A stretch of 59,990 nt of DNA from positions 1 through 59,990 of the forward strand of contig JAIBAC010000003.1 of the NCBI GenBank assembly GCA_019695375.1. The letters are read 5' to 3'. Shown one piece after another: positions 13,266 through 27,448 of the stretch. The notes beneath the pieces are model-generated. The model saw only the letters and a list, made by a program, of their open reading frames with translations. It searched no databases and had not been told where the DNA came from. The DNA is from Acidimicrobiia bacterium. Its GTDB lineage: Bacteria > Actinomycetota > Acidimicrobiia > UBA2766. Position numbers and translations under genes: made by a program. Position 1 is the first letter of the stretch. The number at the start of each line of letters is the position of its first letter.

Positions 13266-14207
13266 ATGCAAGGCGAGGCGAGGCGGGCCTCGGCACCGGC
13301 GATGTCGGGCGAGCAGATCGTCATCGAAAGCGGCTCCACGTCGGTGACCGTCGTCGAGGTCGGTGCGGGCCTGGCCACGATGACGGTCGGCGACCGTGAC
13401 GTCGTCGACGGCTTCGGGCCCGACGAGATGGTGCCGAGCGCACGCGGCCAGGTGCTGCTCCCGTGGCCCAACCGGATCGCAGGCGGGCAGTACCGCTGGG
13501 ACGGTGAGCTCGCACAACTCCCCGTCAACGAGGTGGACCTGAACACGGCGATCCACGGCCTGGTCCGCTTCACAGCCTGGCGGATCGGCGATCGCGGCCC
13601 CGATCGCGTCGAGTTGAACCACCGGCTCTGGCCGTCACCCGGCTACCCCCACACCGTGGACCTCGCGATCGGCTACGTGGTCGGCCCGGGCCAGGTCACC
13701 GTGACCACGTCGGCACGCAACGCCGGCGCGAGCACGGCCCCCTTCGGTGCCGGCCAGCACCCCTACCTGCTCCCCCCCGGAGGGATCAGCCTCGACGACT
13801 GCACGCTCCGTGTCCCGGCCCGCCACTACATGGAGACGGACCGCCGTGGCCTGCCGGTCGCGGAGCACGCCGTCGGTGGAGCGGAGCTCGACTTCCGTGA
13901 CCCGAGACGCCTCGGCGACGCCCGCCTCGACACGGCGTTCACCGGTTTGGACCGCGACGGGTCCGGGCGCGCGGTGGTCGTGCTCGAGGGCCATGCCGGT
14001 GCCACGTCGGTGTGGCTGGGGCCGGGCTACACCTGGGTCCAGGTCTTCACCGGCGACACGGTCCCGGCCCCTCGAACGCGGCGCGCGGTCGCCGTCGAGC
14101 CGATGACGTGCCCCCCGAACGCGTTCGTGACCGGTCGCGACGTCATCCGCCTCGAACCGGGCGCCACCTGGAGCGCCACCTGGGGCATCGCGGTCGAACC
14201 CGCGTGA
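13266..14207 (+). CDS. Aldose 1-epimerase family protein
   Basis: LLPWPNRI, AIHGL, FGAGQHPY, AVEPMTCPPNAF; GAGGAGG RBS upstream. Confidence 0.88.
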   Translation: MQGEARRASAPAMSGEQIVIESGSTSVTVVEVGAGLATMTVGDRDVVDGFGPDEMVPSARGQVLLPWPNRIAGGQYRWDGELAQLPVNEVDLNTAIHGLVRFTAWRIGDRGPDRVELNHRLWPSPGYPHTVDLAIGYVVGPGQVTVTTSARNAGASTAPFGAGQHPYLLPPGGISLDDCTLRVPARHYMETDRRGLPVAEHAVGGAELDFRDPRRLGDARLDTAFTGLDRDGSGRAVVVLEGHAGATSVWLGPGYTWVQVFTGDTVPAPRTRRAVAVEPMTCPPNAFVTGRDVIRLEPGATWSATWGIAVEPA

Positions 14208-14219
14208 AGCCCACCCGGT

Positions 14220-16091
14220 TCAGCCGGGGCGGCGGCCGCGGGCGAGGACGTGCTCCACGACTCCGGACCCGTGGTCGAGCTGATAGTCGAGGTTGACGGC
14301 GGCGTTGATCAGCGCGAGGTGGCTGAAGGCCTGCGGGAAGTTGCCGAGCTGTTCGCCGGTGAGGCCGATCTCCTCCGAGTACAGGCCGAGGTGGTTGCCG
14401 TAGGTGAGCATCTTCTCGAACGTCAGCTGCGCCTCCGGGAGGCGGCCGCACCGCGCGAGCGCGTCGACGTACCAGAACGAGCAGAGCGAGAACGTCCCCT
14501 CCGACCCGCGCAGGCCGTCGGGCGACGCGCTCGGGTTGTAGCGGTAGACGAGGCTGTCCGAGACGATCTCGGCATCCATCGCGTCGAGCGTCGACAGCCA
14601 CATCGGGTCGCGCGGCGCGATGAAACCCATCAGCGGCATGAGCAGCAGCGACGCGTCGAGGACGTCGGTGTCGAAGTGCTGGACGAAGGCACGCCGCTCC
14701 GAGTCCCAGCCGCGAGCCATGATCTGGTCGTAGATGGCGTTGCGCTGCTCGATCCAGCGGTCGAGGTTGGCGGGACGCCCGTGGCGGTTGGCCAAGCGGG
14801 CCGCGCGGTCGAGCGCGATCCAGCACATGAGCCGTCCGTACGTGAAGTGCTGCTGGCCGCCGCGGGTCTCCCAGATTCCCTCTTCGGGAAGGTCCCAGTT
14901 CTCCGAAAGCCAGTCGAGGAGGCGGGTGAGGTCCATCCAGCCGGCGTGGTCGAGCTCGAGGCCGTGGGTGTCGGCGAGGTGGATCGAGTCGAGTGCCTCG
15001 CCGTAGATGTCGAGCTGACGCTGGTCGGCAGCTCCGTTGCCGATGCGCACGGGGCTCGAGCCGCGGTAGCCCTCCCAGTGATCGAGCGTCTCCTCGACGA
15101 GGTCGGCGCTGCCGTCCACGCGGTACATGATGTTGAGCGGCCCGGCCCCGTCGGCGACGGCCTCGTGGATGCGGTCCTTGAGCCAGCCGACGAAGGCCTC
15201 GGCCTCGTCGACGTAGCCCAGCCCGAGCAGGGCATAGACCGAGAACGAGGCGTCACGGATCCAGGTGTAGCGGTAGTCCCAGTTGCGTTCGCCGCCGACC
15301 TGCTCCGGCAGGCCTGCGGTGGGTGCTGCCACCAACGCGCCGGTCGGCGCGTAGGTCATCAGCTTCAACGTCAGCGCCGACCGCGTGACCATCTCCCGCC
15401 ACCGTCCCGTGTAGGTCGATCGGCCGAGCCACGTCTGCCAGTAGCCGATGGTTGCGTCGAGCTTGGCCTGCAGCTCCTCGGGGGAGTGCTCGCGGGGGCT
15501 GACACCACCGGATTCGAGGACGGCTCCGCTCAGATCCCCCGCCGAGAGCGAGCGGACGAGACTGATGCCGCCGGTGTCGCTCATGTGGGTCTCGTCGTCA
15601 CCGGTGGCGATCGGCCGGCCCACGCGGTGCAGGGTGAGCTCGAGGCTCGGCGTGTGGAACACGACGCCTTGATCGCTCAGGTCCACCTTGTGCTGCTCAC
15701 GGCCGTAGTCGAAGCGCGGTTCGATCGTGAAGCGGAACCGCATCGTGCCGCGCACGACCCGGACGAGACGGACGAGCTCGTGACGTTCGGTCGGGCCACC
15801 ATCGGCGACAGGCATGAAGTCGACCACCTCGCCGACACCGGCCTCGGTCATGAAGCGGGTCACGAGCACGGCCGTGTTGGGCAGATACAGCTGCCGTGTG
15901 ACGTAGTCGGTGCCGTGGGGGCAGATCTGGAAGTAGCCGCCGCCATCCGCGTCGAGCAGCGACCCGAAGACGCTCGGCGAGTCGAAGCGCGGGCAGCAGT
16001 ACCAGTCGACGGTGCCCTCGGTGCTGACAAGGGCGGCGGTCTGCAGGTCGCCGACGAGGCCGTGGTCACTGATGTTCGGATAGCGCCCCAT
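14220..16091 (-). CDS. Glycoside hydrolase family 15 (trehalase/glucoamylase-like)
   Basis: PTAGLPE..GGERNWDYRYTWIRDA, QLDIYGE, GIWETRG, LYSEEI..GNFPQAFSH. Confidence 0.92.
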   Translation of the reverse strand: MGRYPNISDHGLVGDLQTAALVSTEGTVDWYCCPRFDSPSVFGSLLDADGGGYFQICPHGTDYVTRQLYLPNTAVLVTRFMTEAGVGEVVDFMPVADGGPTERHELVRLVRVVRGTMRFRFTIEPRFDYGREQHKVDLSDQGVVFHTPSLELTLHRVGRPIATGDDETHMSDTGGISLVRSLSAGDLSGAVLESGGVSPREHSPEELQAKLDATIGYWQTWLGRSTYTGRWREMVTRSALTLKLMTYAPTGALVAAPTAGLPEQVGGERNWDYRYTWIRDASFSVYALLGLGYVDEAEAFVGWLKDRIHEAVADGAGPLNIMYRVDGSADLVEETLDHWEGYRGSSPVRIGNGAADQRQLDIYGEALDSIHLADTHGLELDHAGWMDLTRLLDWLSENWDLPEEGIWETRGGQQHFTYGRLMCWIALDRAARLANRHGRPANLDRWIEQRNAIYDQIMARGWDSERRAFVQHFDTDVLDASLLLMPLMGFIAPRDPMWLSTLDAMDAEIVSDSLVYRYNPSASPDGLRGSEGTFSLCSFWYVDALARCGRLPEAQLTFEKMLTYGNHLGLYSEEIGLTGEQLGNFPQAFSHLALINAAVNLDYQLDHGSGVVEHVLARGRRPG

Positions 16092-16240
16092 GTGAACCTC
16101 CACGTCTGCTCGCATCGTCGGCGGCGGCGGCGACCGTCGCACCCTACCGAGGCGTCGTCGGCGTCGCCACGGCCGCATACACCTACAATCGGCGCATCGC
16201 TGAGGGGCACGGCACCGGGCGGCGTTCGAGCCGCGCCGCG

Positions 16241-17416
16241 ATGATGACCGTCTACGCCGTCGGCCTGTTCCAGGGCCTCGCACTCGTAGCGGTCCCGGCG
16301 GCGTCGAGCGTGCTCACGTCGACGAGCGGGTACGGTCTCAGCGACGGCGAGTACGGTCTGCTGTTCGTCCCGCAGGTGCTGCTCGCGATCGCAGGGTCGC
16401 TGGCGATGCCGGCGATGGCGCGCAAGGTGGGCGTCAAGCGCCTCCTTCTCGTCGGCATCGCGGTCGGAGCGCTGTCTATGGGGTTGCTCACCGTCTCGAC
16501 CACGGTGCAGCACACCGGGGCCGCGCTGCCACTCCTGCTCGCCGCCACCGCTGCCCTCGGCTTCGGCTTCGGTGTCACCCTGTCGTGCCTGAGCACGATC
16601 GCCGGGGACCTGGCGCCCACGGCCCCTGAGCGCTCCCTGACCGCGCTCAACGTCTTCCTCGGCCTCGGCACTGCCCTGTCACCGCTGCTTGTGGGCTTCC
16701 TGACCCGGATCGGCGAATGGTGGTACCTGCCGCTGCTCGCAGCGTCGGGCCTGGTCGTGCTCGCCGGCATCGCATGGCGGCAGGACCTCACGGTCGACGG
16801 TCCCGCGACGCGGCGGCCCCGCGGGATCCCGCGTGCGTTCTGGCTGTTCGCTGCCGCCCTCGTCGCCTACGGGATCTGCGAGACGATGTTCGGCAACTGG
16901 GGCACGGCGCTCCTGCGCGACCGCGGCACCTCCGCCGCGACGGCCAACTACGCGCTCGCCGCCTTCTGGGCAGCCGTCACAGCGGGGCGGTTCATCATCT
17001 CGGTGCTGCCCGCCAGAGTGCCGTCACGGGCCGTCTACGTCGTGCTCCCGTGGGCGATCGCGGCGACGCTGGTCCTCGTCGCGACGGTCGCGGACGGCAC
17101 CGCCGGGATCGCCGTCTTCGCCGCCGCGGGATTCGCGTGCTCGGGGTTCTTCCCGATGACGATCGGCTACGGCGAGGCGGCCTTCCCCGACGTCGTCGTC
17201 TTCGTCTCCGGCTGGCTCGTCGCCGCCTACCAGGTCGGCTACGGCCTCGCCGCGTTCGGTGCCGGGGCCCTCGACGCGGTCGTGCCACTAGGGGTGCTCC
17301 TCGCCGGCGCGGCGGCTCTCGCCGCGGGCATGGGCTTGCTCGCGGTTGCGGTCGCGAGGGTCTCGCACCAGGATCGTGCCCGACAGCCCCCGGACGCGAA
17401 CTGGGAGACCAGATGA
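16241..17416 (+). CDS. MFS transporter
   Basis: About 12 hydrophobic segments, ETMFGNW; stop overlaps next start. Confidence 0.8.
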   Translation: MMTVYAVGLFQGLALVAVPAASSVLTSTSGYGLSDGEYGLLFVPQVLLAIAGSLAMPAMARKVGVKRLLLVGIAVGALSMGLLTVSTTVQHTGAALPLLLAATAALGFGFGVTLSCLSTIAGDLAPTAPERSLTALNVFLGLGTALSPLLVGFLTRIGEWWYLPLLAASGLVVLAGIAWRQDLTVDGPATRRPRGIPRAFWLFAAALVAYGICETMFGNWGTALLRDRGTSAATANYALAAFWAAVTAGRFIISVLPARVPSRAVYVVLPWAIAATLVLVATVADGTAGIAVFAAAGFACSGFFPMTIGYGEAAFPDVVVFVSGWLVAAYQVGYGLAAFGAGALDAVVPLGVLLAGAAALAAGMGLLAVAVARVSHQDRARQPPDANWETR

Positions 17417-19002
17417 GCGAGAACCGCCACTACGACGTCGTGATCATCGGCACCGGTGCCGGTGGCGGCACGCTCGCCTGGAAGCTCGCCCCGACCGGCA
17501 AGCGCATCCTGCTCCTCGAGCGCGGCGACTATCTGCCGCGTGAGCGCGACAACTGGGACACGACGGCGGTGTTCACCAGCGGCAAGTACCTGACCGACGA
17601 GAAGTGGCTCGACAGCGACGGCGACGCGTTCGTGCCCGAGCAGAACTACTACGTGGGCGGCAACACCAAGTTCTACGGCGCAGCCCTGTTCCGGCTCCGG
17701 CCAGAGGACTTCGGCGAGATCCGCCATCACGGCGGGATCTCACCGGCGTGGCCGTTGGACTACACCGACTTCGAGCCTTGGTACACCGAGGCCGAGCGTC
17801 TCTACGTGGTCCACGGACAGGACGGCGAGGACCCGACGGACGGTCCGCGCCAGGGCCCGTTCCCGTACCCCCGCGTCGAGCACGAACCCCGCATCCAGCA
17901 GCTCCACGACGATCTCGAACGGGCCGGCCACCACCCTTCGCACCTGCCGATCGGGGTCATGCTCGACCAGGACGCCGACGGCAACGCGACCCGCACCAGC
18001 GCCTGCATCCGCTGCGACCGCGTCGACGGATTCCCGTGCCTCCTCCGCGGCAAGGCCGACGCCGAGACCGTCTGCGTCGAACCCGCCCTCGAACACCCCA
18101 ACGTCGATCTGGTCACGGGCGCCAGGGTCGAGCGCCTCGAGACCGACGCCGGCGGACGGCGCGTGACCGCTGCCGTCGCCGTCGCCGCGGACGGGACCGA
18201 GACCCGGTACTCCGGTGACATCGTCGTCGTGGCGTGCGGCGCCTTGAACTCGGCGCTCCTGCTCCTCAAGTCCGCGAACGAAGCGCACCCCAACGGTCTC
18301 GCCAACAGCTCCGACCAGGTCGGCCGCAACTACATGCGCCACAACAACCTGGCGCTCATGGCCCTCTCGGTCGAACCCAACCCCACCCGGTTCCAGAAGA
18401 CGCTCGCCCTCAACGACTGGTACCTCACCGGCGACGACGGCTGGGACTACCCGATGGGCGGCATCCAGATGCTCGGCAAGTCCGACGGCGAGATGCTGCG
18501 CGGCAAGGCTCCGCACTGGGCCGCGTTCGGGGCGAAGCTCACGCCGGGCCGCTCACTGGAGATGATCGCCCGCCACGCCGTCGACTTCTGGCTCAGCAAC
18601 GAGGACCTGCCCCGACCCGAGAACCGCATCACCGTCGACGCCGACGGCACCGTCCACCTCGCCGTCGACAACAAGAACAACACCGAAGGCCTGAAGCGGC
18701 TCCGCCGCAAGCTGGAGTCGATGCTCACCCACCTCGGCATGCACGAGGAGACCCACCACAGAAAGGTCTACCTCTACGAGGGTATGGACATCGCCGCGAC
18801 CGCCCACCAGGCGGGGACCGCGCGCTTCGGCCTCGACCCGGCGACGTCGGTCCTCGATACCACGTGCAAGGCCCACGACCTCGACAACCTCTACGTCGTC
18901 GACTCCAGCTTCTTCGTCTCGATCGGCGCCGTGAACCCCACGCTCACGATCATCGCCAACGCCCTGCGGGTCGGCGAGATCATCCACGAGCGCCTCGGCT
19001 GA
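17413..19002 (+). CDS. GMC family oxidoreductase
   Basis: GTGAGGG, VGGNTKFYGA, HQAGTARFG, NPTLT; start MSENRHY. Confidence 0.9.
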   Translation: MSENRHYDVVIIGTGAGGGTLAWKLAPTGKRILLLERGDYLPRERDNWDTTAVFTSGKYLTDEKWLDSDGDAFVPEQNYYVGGNTKFYGAALFRLRPEDFGEIRHHGGISPAWPLDYTDFEPWYTEAERLYVVHGQDGEDPTDGPRQGPFPYPRVEHEPRIQQLHDDLERAGHHPSHLPIGVMLDQDADGNATRTSACIRCDRVDGFPCLLRGKADAETVCVEPALEHPNVDLVTGARVERLETDAGGRRVTAAVAVAADGTETRYSGDIVVVACGALNSALLLLKSANEAHPNGLANSSDQVGRNYMRHNNLALMALSVEPNPTRFQKTLALNDWYLTGDDGWDYPMGGIQMLGKSDGEMLRGKAPHWAAFGAKLTPGRSLEMIARHAVDFWLSNEDLPRPENRITVDADGTVHLAVDNKNNTEGLKRLRRKLESMLTHLGMHEETHHRKVYLYEGMDIAATAHQAGTARFGLDPATSVLDTTCKAHDLDNLYVVDSSFFVSIGAVNPTLTIIANALRVGEIIHERLG

Positions 19003-19026
19003 CCGTTCGCGGCGACTCGAGGCGGG

Positions 19027-20424
19027 TCAGGAGTCGAGCCAGGGCTCGTGCCACTTGCCGTGGCCGGCGACGAGGGCGTCGGCGCTCGCCGGGCCCCACG
19101 TGCCGGGTGCGTACGGGTCGACCGGTGGCGGCGCGTCGAGGAGCGGCTGCATGATGCGCCAGGTCTCCTCGACGGCGTCCTGACGTGTGAAGCGACCGCT
19201 CTCGCCGACCATCGCGGCGTGCAGGAGCACCTCGTAGGGCGTCGGGCCCTCACCGCCTTCGGCGGCGAAGTTCATGTCGAGCGTGATCGGTTCCGCTCGC
19301 CTGGAGTCCGATCGGTGCGCGTCGAGAACGACGCGCACACCTGTCGAGGGGTCGAGTCGCACGACGATCTGGTTCGGCTCCGCCTTGCGGCCTCTAAGCG
19401 AACCGAAGCCGAGGCGCGGCGACTGCTTGAACACGAGGCGCAGCTCGGTCTGCGTAGCCGCGAGGTGCTTGCCGGTCCGTATGAAGAACGGCACCCCCGA
19501 CCACCGCCAGTTCTCGATCTGGAGCCGCAACGCCGCGTACGTCTCCGTCGTCGAGTCGGGTGCGACGCCGTCGACGGAGAGGTAGCCGTCGTGCTGTCCG
19601 CGCACGTAGTGGGCGGGGTCGGCTTCCTCGACGGCCCGGAAGGCCGCCACGACGGCGTCCTTGAGGTCGCTGCTGCGGCCTCCGGCGGGTGGGTCCATGG
19701 CGGCGGCTGCGACGATCTGCATCAGGTGGTTCACGACGACGTCGCGCAGTGCGCCGACGGGATCGTAGAAGTGGCCGCGGTCCTCGACACCGAAGCTCTC
19801 CGCCATCGTGATCTGGACCGACGCTACGTAGTTGCGGTTCCAGACGGGCTCGAGCAGCGTGTTCGCGAAACGCAGGTAGAGGATCTCCTCGAGGCCCATC
19901 TTCCCCAGGTAGTGGTCGACGCGGAACAGCTGGGACTCGTCCACGTGCTCGTGCAGTTCGGCCGCGAGGGCACGTGCCGACTCGAGGTCGTGGCCGAAGG
20001 GCTTCTCGACGACGATGCGGGCCGCCGCGGTGAGCCCTGCGGCGTCGAGACCGGCGACCACCCGGCCGAACAGGAACGGCGGGATCTCCAGATAGAAGAC
20101 CGGCTGCTGCGCGCCGGAGATGGCGGCAGCGACGGCGGCGTAGGTCGCCGCGTCGTTGAAGTCGCCGTGCACATAGGACAGCCGCGACGCGAAGCGGTCG
20201 AAGACGGCGTCGTCGATCACTTCGCCGGTGTCGGCGATCGAGGTGCGCGCGCGGTCGACGAGCTGATCGAGGGTCCAGTCGTCGGCCGCCACCCCCACGA
20301 TCGAGCAGTCCAGCAGGCCCCGCTTCTCGAGGCGGTACAGCGACCGGAAGGTCATCACCTTGGCGAGGTCACCGGTGATGCCGAAGACCACGAACGTGTC
20401 ACAGGGCTGGTGTGCGTTGGCCAT
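19027..20424 (-). CDS. zwf: Glucose-6-phosphate dehydrogenase
   Basis: [35 protein letters not shown]. Confidence 0.93.
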   Translation of the reverse strand: MANAHQPCDTFVVFGITGDLAKVMTFRSLYRLEKRGLLDCSIVGVAADDWTLDQLVDRARTSIADTGEVIDDAVFDRFASRLSYVHGDFNDAATYAAVAAAISGAQQPVFYLEIPPFLFGRVVAGLDAAGLTAAARIVVEKPFGHDLESARALAAELHEHVDESQLFRVDHYLGKMGLEEILYLRFANTLLEPVWNRNYVASVQITMAESFGVEDRGHFYDPVGALRDVVVNHLMQIVAAAAMDPPAGGRSSDLKDAVVAAFRAVEEADPAHYVRGQHDGYLSVDGVAPDSTTETYAALRLQIENWRWSGVPFFIRTGKHLAATQTELRLVFKQSPRLGFGSLRGRKAEPNQIVVRLDPSTGVRVVLDAHRSDSRRAEPITLDMNFAAEGGEGPTPYEVLLHAAMVGESGRFTRQDAVEETWRIMQPLLDAPPPVDPYAPGTWGPASADALVAGHGKWHEPWLDS

Positions 20425-20492
20425 GGCGCACAGTATGTCGCATCGCCACACGACGAGGCAGGGGTCCGCGCAGCCGGGTACGCTGTGCGGCC

Positions 20493-21803
20493 ATGAGCGG
20501 TTCCGTGGTCGTCGTCGGCGGGGGTTTCGGCGGGCTCGGCTGCGCGCACCGACTCGCCCATCACGACGTCGAGGTCACCCTCGTCGACCGCAACGACTAC
20601 CACCAGTTCCAGCCGCTCCTGTACCAGCTTGCAACCGCGCAGGTCGGCGTCGCCGACATCGCCCGGCCCCTGCGCGGGGTGTTCCACAAGGCGAAGTCCG
20701 TGCGCGTCGTCACCGGCGAGGTCGTCGCGATCGACCCGGCGCAGCACCGGGTTGAGCTCGCGGGCGGAACCACGCTCGACGGTGATGTGCTCGTGATCGC
20801 AGCGGGTGCGCAGCCGAACTTCTTCGGCACACCCGGTGCCGCCGAGCATGCGTTCCCGCTCTACTCGGTCGAGGACGCGGAGCGGCTCCGCTCGCGGATG
20901 CTCGGCCTGCTCGATTCGGTGGACCGCGATCCCGCGCTCGTGGACAAGGGCGCCCTCACCATCGTGATCGTCGGTGCCGGCGCCACGGGTGTGGAGGCGG
21001 CCGGCGCGTTCGCGGAGACGTTGAAGGACATCGTCCCGCACGCCTATCCGGGCCTGCCGGTCGACCGCGCGCAGGTCGTCGTCGTCGACCGCGGCGACGT
21101 CGTCCTCAACGGGTTCTCCGAACGCGCCCACGACTACGCGACCAGGCGTCTGCAGGCCGACGGTGTCGACCTCCGCCTCGGAGTCGGCGTCGCCGAGGTC
21201 GGCAGCGCACATGTCGAGCTAACCGACGGCACCGAGCTCGCGACCCATCTCGTCATCTGGGCCGGTGGCGAGAAGGCCGCCGGTGTCGTCGCCGACGCCG
21301 GCCTCCCCACAGGGCGGGGCGGCCGTGTCGACGTCGACGCCGACCTCACGGTCCCCGGCTTCGTGGACGTCTACGCCGTGGGCGACGCCGCCAACGTGCC
21401 CGGCCCCGACGGCACCGTCCTGCCCCAGCTCGGCTCCGTCGCGCAGCAGTCGGGACGCTGGGCTGCGAAGAACATCCTCGCCGGCTTCGACGGCGAGGAA
21501 CGCAAGCCCTTCGACTACCACGACAAGGGCATCATGGCGATGATCGGCCGCAACGCCGCCGTCGCCGAGCTCGGCGCCGACCGGCACGAGATCCACGGCC
21601 CGCTCGCGTTCGCTGCCTGGCTCGGCGTGCACGCGACGCTGCTCGAGGGGTCACGCCAGAAGCTCGCTGCGCTGATGACCTGGGGCTGGGACTACGCGAG
21701 CAAGAAGCGTCCCCATGCGCTCGTGGACCGCCCCGACGCGTATGCGATCGACTGGGACGACGACGACACCACCAGCGCAGCGGACAACCAGGCCGGCGAC
21801 TAG
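20493..21803 (+). CDS. ndh: Type II NADH dehydrogenase-like FAD oxidoreductase
   Basis: [38 protein letters not shown]. Confidence 0.85.
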   Translation: MSGSVVVVGGGFGGLGCAHRLAHHDVEVTLVDRNDYHQFQPLLYQLATAQVGVADIARPLRGVFHKAKSVRVVTGEVVAIDPAQHRVELAGGTTLDGDVLVIAAGAQPNFFGTPGAAEHAFPLYSVEDAERLRSRMLGLLDSVDRDPALVDKGALTIVIVGAGATGVEAAGAFAETLKDIVPHAYPGLPVDRAQVVVVDRGDVVLNGFSERAHDYATRRLQADGVDLRLGVGVAEVGSAHVELTDGTELATHLVIWAGGEKAAGVVADAGLPTGRGGRVDVDADLTVPGFVDVYAVGDAANVPGPDGTVLPQLGSVAQQSGRWAAKNILAGFDGEERKPFDYHDKGIMAMIGRNAAVAELGADRHEIHGPLAFAAWLGVHATLLEGSRQKLAALMTWGWDYASKKRPHALVDRPDAYAIDWDDDDTTSAADNQAGD

Positions 21804-21816
21804 CCGGCCGGTCGCG

Positions 21817-24582
<2,766 letters not shown>

Positions 24583-24592
24583 GCGGGTCACG

Positions 24593-25039
24593 CTAGAGGC
24601 GGCCCGCGAGCGGTGCTTCTCGATTCCTGATCGGTCGCGTCACCTGCTTCGCGACGCACGCCGGCAGACCCGCCGTCGAACGCGACGCCTCGCGCCGGTA
24701 GACGCTCGGGGCCATACCGACGAGCTCGGTGAAGCGGGTGCTGAACGTGCCCAGCGACGCGCACCCCACCGCGAAGCAGACCTCGGTAACGCTGAGGTCG
24801 CCGCGGCGCAGCAACGCCATCGCACGTTCGATGCGCCGCGTCATCAGGTACGAGTACGGCGACTCGCCGTAGGCGAGGCGGAACTGGCGGCTCAGGTGCC
24901 CGGCGGACATGTGCGCCCCGCGTGCGAGCGCCTCGACGTCGAGCGGCTGCGCGTATTCGCGGTCGATGCGGTCGCGCACGCGCCGCAGCCACACGAGGTC
25001 GCGCAGGCGCTGGTCTCCGGCGGCGGCTCCGTCGCCCAT
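24593..25039 (-). CDS. AraC-type HTH regulator (DNA-binding domain only)
   Basis: LARGAHMSAGHLSRQF, SVTEVCFAVGC.SLGTFS. Confidence 0.9.
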   Translation of the reverse strand: MGDGAAAGDQRLRDLVWLRRVRDRIDREYAQPLDVEALARGAHMSAGHLSRQFRLAYGESPYSYLMTRRIERAMALLRRGDLSVTEVCFAVGCASLGTFSTRFTELVGMAPSVYRREASRSTAGLPACVAKQVTRPIRNREAPLAGRL

Positions 25040-25083
25040 GCGTGAGATCGTGCCACGGCGCCCCGCCTCCGTACCATCGCGTC

Positions 25084-25539
25084 ATGCACGGATCCGTTAC
25101 CGTCCACATCGACGCCCCACCCGCAGCCGTCTGGGCGCTCGTCAGCGACGTGACCCGCATCGGCGAGTACAGCCCCGAGACCTTCGAGGCCGAGTGGCTC
25201 GGCGGCGCGACCGGTCCCGCTGTCGGTGCCCGCTTCCGCGGCCACGTGAAGCGCAACGGCCGCGGCCCCACGTACTGGGCGCCGTGCGTGGTGACCGCGT
25301 GCGAACCGGAGCGGGTGTTCGAGTTCGCCGTCGGCGTCCGCGGCAAAGCCGTGAACACGTGGCGCTACGAGCTCGAGCCGTCGGGCACCGGCACCGACGT
25401 GACCGAGTCGTTCCGCCTCACCGACACCTTCGTGCTGCGCGTGTACTGGCGGCTGCTCGGCTGGGCACGCGGCAAGACGAACCAGCGCGGCATGCAGGCC
25501 ACGCTCGAACGCATGAAGGCCGAGCTCGAAGCCGCCTGA
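25084..25539 (+). CDS. SRPBCC family protein
   Basis: IDAPPAAVWALVSDV, GARFRG, TDVTESF. Confidence 0.85.
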   Translation: MHGSVTVHIDAPPAAVWALVSDVTRIGEYSPETFEAEWLGGATGPAVGARFRGHVKRNGRGPTYWAPCVVTACEPERVFEFAVGVRGKAVNTWRYELEPSGTGTDVTESFRLTDTFVLRVYWRLLGWARGKTNQRGMQATLERMKAELEAA

Positions 25540-25550
25540 GCCACGCTCAG

Positions 25551-26567
25551 CTAGCGGTCGAGACCGAGCAGGCGTGCCGCGACGGGTTCGAGCACCAGCC
25601 ACGGATGGCCGTTCTGCGGCCATGCGCCGGCTGCGTTCCAGCCGGCGAGCTCGACGAGGATGCGCAGCGCGTGCACGCTGCGATGCCACTGCAGCTGCGC
25701 GTCATGCAGCGCTTCCGGTGCCGCGTCGGTGAGGTTCCGGTATGCGCGAAGGAAGCGTCGTGCCACGTACCGGCCTACCGGCGCCAGCAGGGCGGCGCCG
25801 GCGCGTGGCAGCGGGACCGGCGGGTGGGCGAGCATCAGCTCGGTGAACGCGACGGTGAACGCGGGGTCGCCGACACCGGCGACGGTCCAGTCGACGAGCC
25901 ACGTCTCGTCGCGTCCGACCAGCAGGTTGAACGGGTGCAGGTCACCGTGGACGACCACCTCCGCTCCGATGGTGGGCTGGGCCGCGAGGAGGCGCTCACC
26001 GGCACGGGCGAGGTCGTGCCTGCCGCAGGCGACCGCGAGGTCGACCTGGGTGTGGACGAACCCTGCCGTCGTCGCTCCGTGCGGGGGGTTGAAGGCGGCG
26101 AGCGCGGCGGCGAGGGGACCGGGGTCGAGGGCGTGCAGGCACGCTGCGATGCGGGCGAGGCGGCGCGGCAGCTCGTGGACCAAGCGCGGCAGGCCGAGCG
26201 TGACGTCCCCGATCCCGAGGCCTGCCATCGGCGGGTGGCCGTCGACATGGTCCATGACGACGAGGTAGCGGCCGAGCGCACTGCCGGCACCCACCGTCAT
26301 GCGCACCGCCGGTGTGGGGAAGCCCTGCGCTGCGACGTAGCGCTGCACTGTCGCCTCCCAGACGCCCGCCCCGGCGTCGGGCACGATCCGGGCGACGAGG
26401 TCGCCTGCGAGGCCGTCAGGCGGGTCGACGAGGCCGAAGCGGAGCATCTCCGCGTAGAAGCCACCCGAGAGCGGCAGCGGCGCCGACTCGAACTCGAGGT
26501 CGGGCCGTCCGGTCTCGGCACGCAGCGTCTCGAGCAGCAGGCCCGATGTCACGGCGTTGTCGCTCAT
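25551..26567 (-). CDS. APH/kinase-like phosphotransferase
   Basis: Brenner motif HGDLHPFN, VDW; start MSDNAV. Confidence 0.8.
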   Translation of the reverse strand: MSDNAVTSGLLLETLRAETGRPDLEFESAPLPLSGGFYAEMLRFGLVDPPDGLAGDLVARIVPDAGAGVWEATVQRYVAAQGFPTPAVRMTVGAGSALGRYLVVMDHVDGHPPMAGLGIGDVTLGLPRLVHELPRRLARIAACLHALDPGPLAAALAAFNPPHGATTAGFVHTQVDLAVACGRHDLARAGERLLAAQPTIGAEVVVHGDLHPFNLLVGRDETWLVDWTVAGVGDPAFTVAFTELMLAHPPVPLPRAGAALLAPVGRYVARRFLRAYRNLTDAAPEALHDAQLQWHRSVHALRILVELAGWNAAGAWPQNGHPWLVLEPVAARLLGLDR

Positions 26568-26629
26568 GTGGTCACGGTAACCGGCGGTGGTCGCCGGTGC
26601 TGCGAGCGCCGATGCCCTACCGTCGTGCG

Positions 26630-27448
26630 ATGTCCACGCCTCCCCTCCATGGCCGCGTCGCCGTCGTCTCCGGCGCCAACCACGGGATCGGCGCCGCCAC
26701 CGCGGAAGCACTCGCCCGCCTCGGTGCCGACGTCGCGATCACATACCTCGCGTACACGCCCGCCGACCACGATCCCGACCGTCCAGCCGCGTACCGCACC
26801 CAGCGGGAACAGGGCCCCGATGCCGCGGTCGCCGCGGTACGGGACGCAGGGCGACGCGTGCACGTGGTCGAGGCCGACCTCGCCGACGCAGACACGCCGC
26901 GGATCGTGTTCGCCGAGGCCGAAGCGGCGCTCGGGCCGGTTTCGATCCTGATCAACAACGCGAGCGCGTGGCGCAAGGACACGTTCGCGCCCGACCGCGA
27001 CGATCCGCTCGGCCGCCGCAACGAGGCGGTCGGTGACGACACAGCCACGCCCCAGCTCCTCGTTGACGCCCGCGGCGGGGCCCTGATGATCGCCCGGCTG
27101 GCTGAATCGGTGCGGCGCCACCGCATCGGTTGGGGCCGCGTCGTGAGCCTCACCTCGGGAGGGAACATGGGATTCCCGGGTCAGGTGTCCTACGGCGCTG
27201 CAAAGGCAGCATTGGAGAACTACACGATGAGCGCCTCGGTCGAGCTCGCCGGCGACGGGATCACCGCCAACGTCGTGTACCCGCCCGTCACCGACACCGG
27301 CTGGATCACCGCCGAGGTCCGCGACTTCGTGACGAGCAGTTCCGACCACGTCCACATCGCCGCACCATCAGAGGTGGCGGAGGTGATCGGTTGGCTCTGC
27401 ACCGACGCCGCCCGCCTCGTCACCGGCAACGTCATCCGTCTCCGGTAG
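26630..27448 (+). CDS. Short-chain dehydrogenase/reductase
   Basis: SGANHGIG, INNA, YGAAK. Confidence 0.88.
   Translation: MSTPPLHGRVAVVSGANHGIGAATAEALARLGADVAITYLAYTPADHDPDRPAAYRTQREQGPDAAVAAVRDAGRRVHVVEADLADADTPRIVFAEAEAALGPVSILINNASAWRKDTFAPDRDDPLGRRNEAVGDDTATPQLLVDARGGALMIARLAESVRRHRIGWGRVVSLTSGGNMGFPGQVSYGAAKAALENYTMSASVELAGDGITANVVYPPVTDTGWITAEVRDFVTSSSDHVHIAAPSEVAEVIGWLCTDAARLVTGNVIRLR

Noticed and set aside
25551-26567. Aminoglycoside resistance gene
   Set aside because: Only the generic APH-fold motif is present; such proteins are common metabolic kinases-like in actinobacteria.
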